A DNA stretch of 64,000 bases, from contig DF237094.1 in NCBI GenBank assembly GCA_000708835.1, forward strand, positions 1 to 64,000, written 5' to 3'. Origin of the DNA: Klebsormidium nitens (Eukaryota; Plantae; Klebsormidiophyceae). Below the pieces are notes generated by a model. The model saw only the letters and a list, made by a program, of their open reading frames with translations. It had not been told where the DNA came from and did no database searches. This document shows, in pieces, positions 59,269 through 64,000 of the stretch (within the stretch, counting starts at the first letter, position 1; each line of letters starts with the position of its first letter). The position numbers were made by a program, and so were the translations under genes.

Positions 59269-62200
59269 CTAGGCCATTTGGTTCTTCATCAAGAACTTGC
59301 CTGAACGGGCATCATACGACCAGTTGCACAAATACAGAGGTGGGAACAAAGGGCCGATGCCTGCCATCCGTCGGTGCTCCAACTCCGCTTCAAATGCCTG
59401 CAGGTTACGAACGGAACTAATCAAATATTGTCAGGAAAACACAATTAGACATATGTGCACAACGAATGCGGTTGACCAACGGAAAACATGGCTTCATGCC
59501 AACGTCGTACATGCAAAGGAGTTGACGCGGACTCTCCTATGAGTACCTTCAAAGCGATACAAAATTGGACAGAAAGGCGGTAAGGAAGGAGGAGGCATGC
59601 CCCCAGGATGGAACCCACCGGGTTGTCGTCGTGGTCAATCAGTCCTCCTTCCTGACGTCAAACCCATGAATCCCGAACTTTAACCCCCTTGATCCATACA
59701 CCCAGACCCAAGATGTTCGAGTCCCCCAATGACCGCCCAAAAAGTGTCGGCTCAGTTGCTGCGGGAAGGAGTAGTGACGGCCCCGTATAGCGTCCCCACA
59801 ATTGTTATGGCTGTCAGTGGGTTTGTTACTTTACTAACCTCCTCAATCCCAGACTTCAAACCTGGGTAACCGAAACCTAAATTCGAATAAGTGAATCCCC
59901 AACAACCACCCGAAAAAGTCCGCTCACCTGCTGAGGAAGGGGTAGGCACGGCTCCAAGGTGGAGCCCACCAGGTTGTTGTTGCTGTCGATGGGCTTTCCA
60001 AGCTGAACACCAAAACTGACCTGAATCTCATACTTCAAACCCCAAAAACTAAAAACTAAACCCCAACAAGATACTACCAACAACCGTCCAAGGAGTTGTG
60101 CTCACCTGCTCAGGAAGAAGTAAGCACGGCCCCAGAATGGATTTACACCCTAGAATTTCAAATCGACATCCCGAACTGTTTACTTCCAGAGCCCAGAAAC
60201 CCCGATAACTATCTTAATATGGAGTCCCAACCGTTTACCAAATAAGTTTGCTCACCTGCTAATGAAGGAGTAGGCACGGCCCCAGAACGGAGCCCACACG
60301 GATTTTATGGCTCTCAGTGGGTTTGTCAATCTGAAACTAAACTCCTGAATCCTAGATTTCGAATCCAAAAGCTAAATCCAAAAATTGATTCCCCAACAAC
60401 CGTCCGAAAAGGTCCGCTCACCTGCTGAGGAAGGAGTAGGCACGGCCCCAGAATGGAGCCCACCGGGTTGTCGTCGCTGTGGTTGGACTCGTACACCTCC
60501 CGGACGCCGGACGCCTCGGGCGTGGCCACTTCGGACGGGATGTCGGACGGCGCGTAGCACCAGGTCACGCGCACACGCTGCTCACCGGGAAGGGTGCCTT
60601 CCCACAGTGCCTGCACGGGAGAGTTGTCTTTGTGTGTGTGTGTGTCTTTGCCGATTCCTACCACCACAAGTCGACCGACGTAGAGGTCCTATTCAAATCC
60701 ACTCTCTTTTCTGTCTCGAGATGCTTCCTGCGTTTCTAGGTTTTAAGCATATTCACAAGCTTCTGGTCCAAAGAAATGAGTGTGTCTTGACGCGCCATCG
60801 GCGACCAACCGAATCCTCTGGAGATTCCATTGTAGTCGATATTGCGCCCACAGACGTTATAAGGTCATCGTGAGGTGCTCCGCTGTCTTGGAACTTTCGG
60901 AGCTTTCGCCTCTCAGCAAACATTCCTGAAGTTCGTTAAGAAGGGGCCGCCAACGTCAAGTGCTCTGATTTTTTTTTTTGGAGACTCTTCTCAGCGACTC
61001 CGTCCCCTCAAGCCCCCTCTTGCACGCTGACGGCCTAATAGAGTCTGACTTGACGTAGTGACAGTCTAAAAGTTTCGAGAATCTAACAGGACTCTGCAAA
61101 CATCTATTGCCACGTTGCGCTCTTAGAAGTGTTTGGGAGCGCCGCCTTAGTTTGCCTACTCGCATCGAAGGGAGGCAGATTAGACACAGAAGCTTTCTGA
61201 CGGCCTGAAGCACGGCTGCACGACTTCTATGAGAGCGTTTCACAAGCCAAACGCGGCAAGGGGGGGGCTTCTGGAAGGGACTGAGCAAGCGGGCCCTTAT
61301 GAGGCTCTGCATATAAGTCTTGGCTGTTACCCCCTGCCACGAAACGGAGAGCAAACCTCGCAGGTGCTACCGCTCATCGAAATCCTCGTGAAAGCACCTC
61401 TCACCTGTATTCTTCCCAGGAAAGGGGGGGACCCCGTAGTGTCTGACCGCAGCTCGACGGTGTCCCCCTCTCGGTAATGCCGCCCGTTCAGCACGCACTC
61501 TCGATACAGCACCGAACCGTCCTCCTGCTTCAGCCCCCCCCCCACCCACGTCAGCGACCTTGGACCCGCTGACGTAAGCGCGAGAGCGGTGCTGACGTCA
61601 GCAGGCGTTCCTAGAGCCCCATCTCCCTCTTCAGGCCTCGCTTCGGCCCCGTTCCGGGCATGGGTTTCGGCGGCCGGAAGCAACAGCGGGGGCGTCTCGG
61701 GCCGCTGCATGACGACGCCCTCCAGAACCGGGGTCCCCCGGATGACGTCACCCCGGAGCGGTCTGCTGACGTCACCCTCGCCGGCCGGCCGCTGCCGCCC
61801 GCGGCTGCCAAGAAGGTCCGCCGACCTTTCGACCGATGAAGTCCCCTGATTGGCGGCTCCCCCCGCCGGCGGAAAAACGCGCCCCGGCGCGGTGGAAACG
61901 CTCGCCCCCAGGGACGCGGCGAGCACGGCCAGGGGGCTCGCCCTGCCCGCAAATCTACCCCCCTGGAACGGTACAGCTGACCTCGCGGGCACCGAAGGAG
62001 CAGCCGGGGGTGCCTGCGCTTTGCAGAGCGGGCAGGCCCATTCCTGGTCGTTCGGAAGTGGGGGCGTCTGGGGGGGTAAAACGCAGCGTGTGTGGTACCC
62101 CCGCTCGCAGACGTCACAGACGATGATGGCGTGGGTGACGGTTTCTTGCTGGTGGCACATGGGGCACGTGACAGGAAAGTCGACGGAGGAGCGGGGGGAG

Positions 62201-63636
62201 AGGAAGGGGGCAGTCGCCAGAATCTGTAGGACAGGAACAGATTTCGGAAGTCGAACCCTGTCGAAATTGGCCCGTTTGGAGGCTCGAAACAAATTTAGAT
62301 AGAACGAGGCAGCTCGAAATAGGCCGGTGGCAAACTGAAAGAGCTATACCACAAGAGGACTCGTTTTCATGGCAGCAGGCTTTTTGAAGTTCTGATCAAT
62401 AAGCGAAAGGCCCCGCATATTTTGTTGGGTTTAATTTGAGCCCGATGTCCTCTCAGAAGAAGAGGCAAGCGAGGGAAAATGCCGTTCAATTTTAGGTTGA
62501 CAATGTTGCTCACTAGTGGCTTGTTGCTGCCGCTCCACAAAGTGTAACATACCCACGTTAAAAAGCGCGCAGAGTCTTATTTTGAGTCAAACCGCAGGTC
62601 AGAGCTGGTGACCACTTTGTTTAATGTTCAGACATGCAGAGCTCTCCAACTCAGCTCAAGAAAAGGACGAAGCAGAACGATGACGCAGTTCCAAGCGACA
62701 CCAACGCAAAGGAGAACAGGTTGTGCGAGCGCGTCGCACCTGCTTCTCGGTCTGAATCGTCACGTGCTTCTGTAGAATGGTCTTCTTCGCCTTCGCCAGC
62801 TGCTGCTGGTGCGTCTGGAGGGCCACCGATTGTTGCCGCAGCTGAGACAGCTTCAGCTGAACCTGAAGACAGCGAATGGTAAAGAGGGTTTGAGAGGAGG
62901 GTTAGAATTCGAGTTGTGGGCTGCCCAAGAAAGGAGAGTTGCATGCTGTTCGCCTTTCGTTGAGAAGGCTTCTTGCCGTAGCTAGACAGCTTCAGCTGGA
63001 CCTGTAGACGGCGAAGAAAAACGAGAGGGTTTGAGAGGACGGTTAAGAAGCGGGTTAAGGGCTGGCCAAGAAAGGAGAGTCGCATGCTGTTCGCCTTTCC
63101 TTGAAAGCTTTCCTTCCGTAGCCGAGACACCGTTTCCGCTGAAGCTGAGGATGGCAAGCGGGAAAGCGTGGATTTCACCAATGGGTACAAATGGAGGGGT
63201 TAAGCAAGCGTCAGAGGCGGGTCACGATGAAAAATAAAGAAATGGGGTACCAGTTGGCCAAAGAGGGAAGGTTTCGCAAGCGGCTTGTCCTGACTACCCT
63301 TCAGTCGACGGCTCTGCTTTATGGGGTCCATCTTTTAACCTCAGGGCAACCGAGCAAGCCGGTCTCTGGTTTTGCTTTCACTAATAAATCTCTTCCAACG
63401 TTCAAATCTTCTTCATGACCCGTTTTTCAAAGCTCTCATTTAAGGAAGAAAAAGGGAAAGATCGCTCGGCTCACCTCTCTGAGCATCGCCAGCGACTGGT
63501 CCTCCACCTCGCGTTCCTGCGCCATGTAAGCTTCCAGCTGCTGTTGCACCTCCGCTAGCTTTCCGCTGACGTGCTGCTCGATCAGCTCCACCTGCCGGAA
63601 CTGCGTCAGCAGCTGCTGTTGCTCGCGCAAGTGGGC
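59269..63636 (-). CDS. Coiled-coil + PHD finger + C-terminal BAH domain chromatin protein (5' part lies beyond the window)
   Basis: Exons 63636-63475, 62862-62740, 62223-61405, 60610-60422, 59397-59269, all phase 0. PHD: CPMC..CDVCERGYHTRCVLPP..EWACPLC (C4HC3). BAH: LYRECVLNGRHYREGDTVEL..PPFLGRIQALWE..VRVTWCYAPSDIP..REVYESNHSDDNPVGSILGPC..YLCNWSYDARSGKF, then a stop. Confidence 0.88.
59580..60300 (-). repeat. Five decayed copies of the end and donor of BAH exon 60422-60610, ~165-175-bp period, with telomere-like spacer sequence
   Basis: GAGGAAGGAGTAGGCACGGCCCCAGAATGGAGCCCACC variants at about 59581, 59750, 59925, 60105 and 60255. GCTCACCTGCT (sense AGCAG/GTGAGC) is intact in three copies. 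Confidence 0.9.
62900..63160 (-). repeat. Two decayed copies (141-bp period) of the acceptor and start of exon 62740-62862
   Basis: GACAGCTTCAGCTG.ACCTG.AGAC..GAGGGTTTGAGAGGA and CCAAGAAAGGAGAGT.GCATGCTGTTCGCCTTTC are each repeated. Confidence 0.85.
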
Positions 63637-63719
63637 CTGCGTAAGGGTTTACGTGTCAGGTTGAAGAGTGGATCAGCGCTGGTTACCAATCTGACCCTCG
63701 AAGGCCATGTATGCTGAGC

Positions 63720-63920
63720 TTCGAAACCTCTTCACCAGCAACAGCTGCTGCTATCGTGCGTCTGGACCTGCAAAGCTGGGTTGCAACACGAATTTGAACG
63801 GAAACTTTTGAAGGCTTTAAGTTGGAAAGATCCTGAGTATGTACCACCCGACGCAGTCAAGCGAATTGTCTGTACCTGCCGGGACTGTGACAGCAGCTGC
63901 CACTGCTCGCAAGTGGGTCT
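63720..63920 (-). repeat. Two decayed copies of the acceptor and start of exon 63475-63636
   Basis: Sense TTTGCAG/GTCCAGACGCACGATAGCAGCAGCTG and TTCGGCAG/ACCCACTTGCGAGCAGTGGCAGCTGCTG, versus the true CTTACGCAG/GCCCACTTGCGCGAGCAACAGCAGCTGCTG. Confidence 0.7.
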
Positions 63921-64000
63921 GCCGAACGGAAGTAGGTTTCAGTGTTTGAAAGGATATGTAAGCACTAGACGCTGAGAAGGTGCCAACTATGAGGGAGCAA

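Noticed and set aside
59269-62223. Calling the PHD-BAH gene ORC1 or EBS/SHL
   Set aside because: There is a stop right after the BAH with no AAA+ domain, and the domain order and size do not fit EBS/SHL.
1240-63975. Many 60-200-aa ORFs in the track that overlap real exons on the opposite strand or in another frame (e.g. 1240-1737, 5204-5803, 11056-11686, 15753-16181, 35646-36065, 48038-48466, 61850-62302, 62651-63190)
   Set aside because: They are shadow ORFs of GC-rich exons or read-through into introns, with no motifs or splice support of their own.

Overview
Eukaryotic, intron-rich genomic DNA with GC-rich exons and GT-AG introns, and two N gaps (39880-40202, 56583-56754). TTTAGGG telomere-type repeats, plant-type SR45a and SPARK-like genes and a flagellar CFAP100 gene together point to a flagellate streptophyte green alga such as Klebsormidium (inference). 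I rebuilt gene models by hand from splice sites and reading-frame phase. In order they are: a 4-TM protein with an internal two-fold repeat (+); a ~1850-aa multi-SPARK-like surface protein (+); an SMP-C2-C2 synaptotagmin-like protein (-); a MYND-finger protein (+); a 326-aa helical protein with a Gly/Ala hydrophobic hairpin (+); CFAP100/CCDC37 (-); SR45a (+); RBM42 (-); and a coiled-coil-PHD-BAH chromatin reader (-, runs off the window). The main unexplained structure is: (1) about 30 decayed 'echo' copies of splice junctions in the introns next to 13 exon boundaries of four genes; (2) the palindrome TGACGTCA at 17 sites (about 1 expected), 10 of them inside coding exons; (3) a 221-bp foldback element with 81-bp TIRs and a 5-bp TSD; (4) telomere-type repeats inside an intron and inside coding sequence. 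I saw no rRNA, tRNA or CRISPR array. All family assignments come from motif recall, not database searches.
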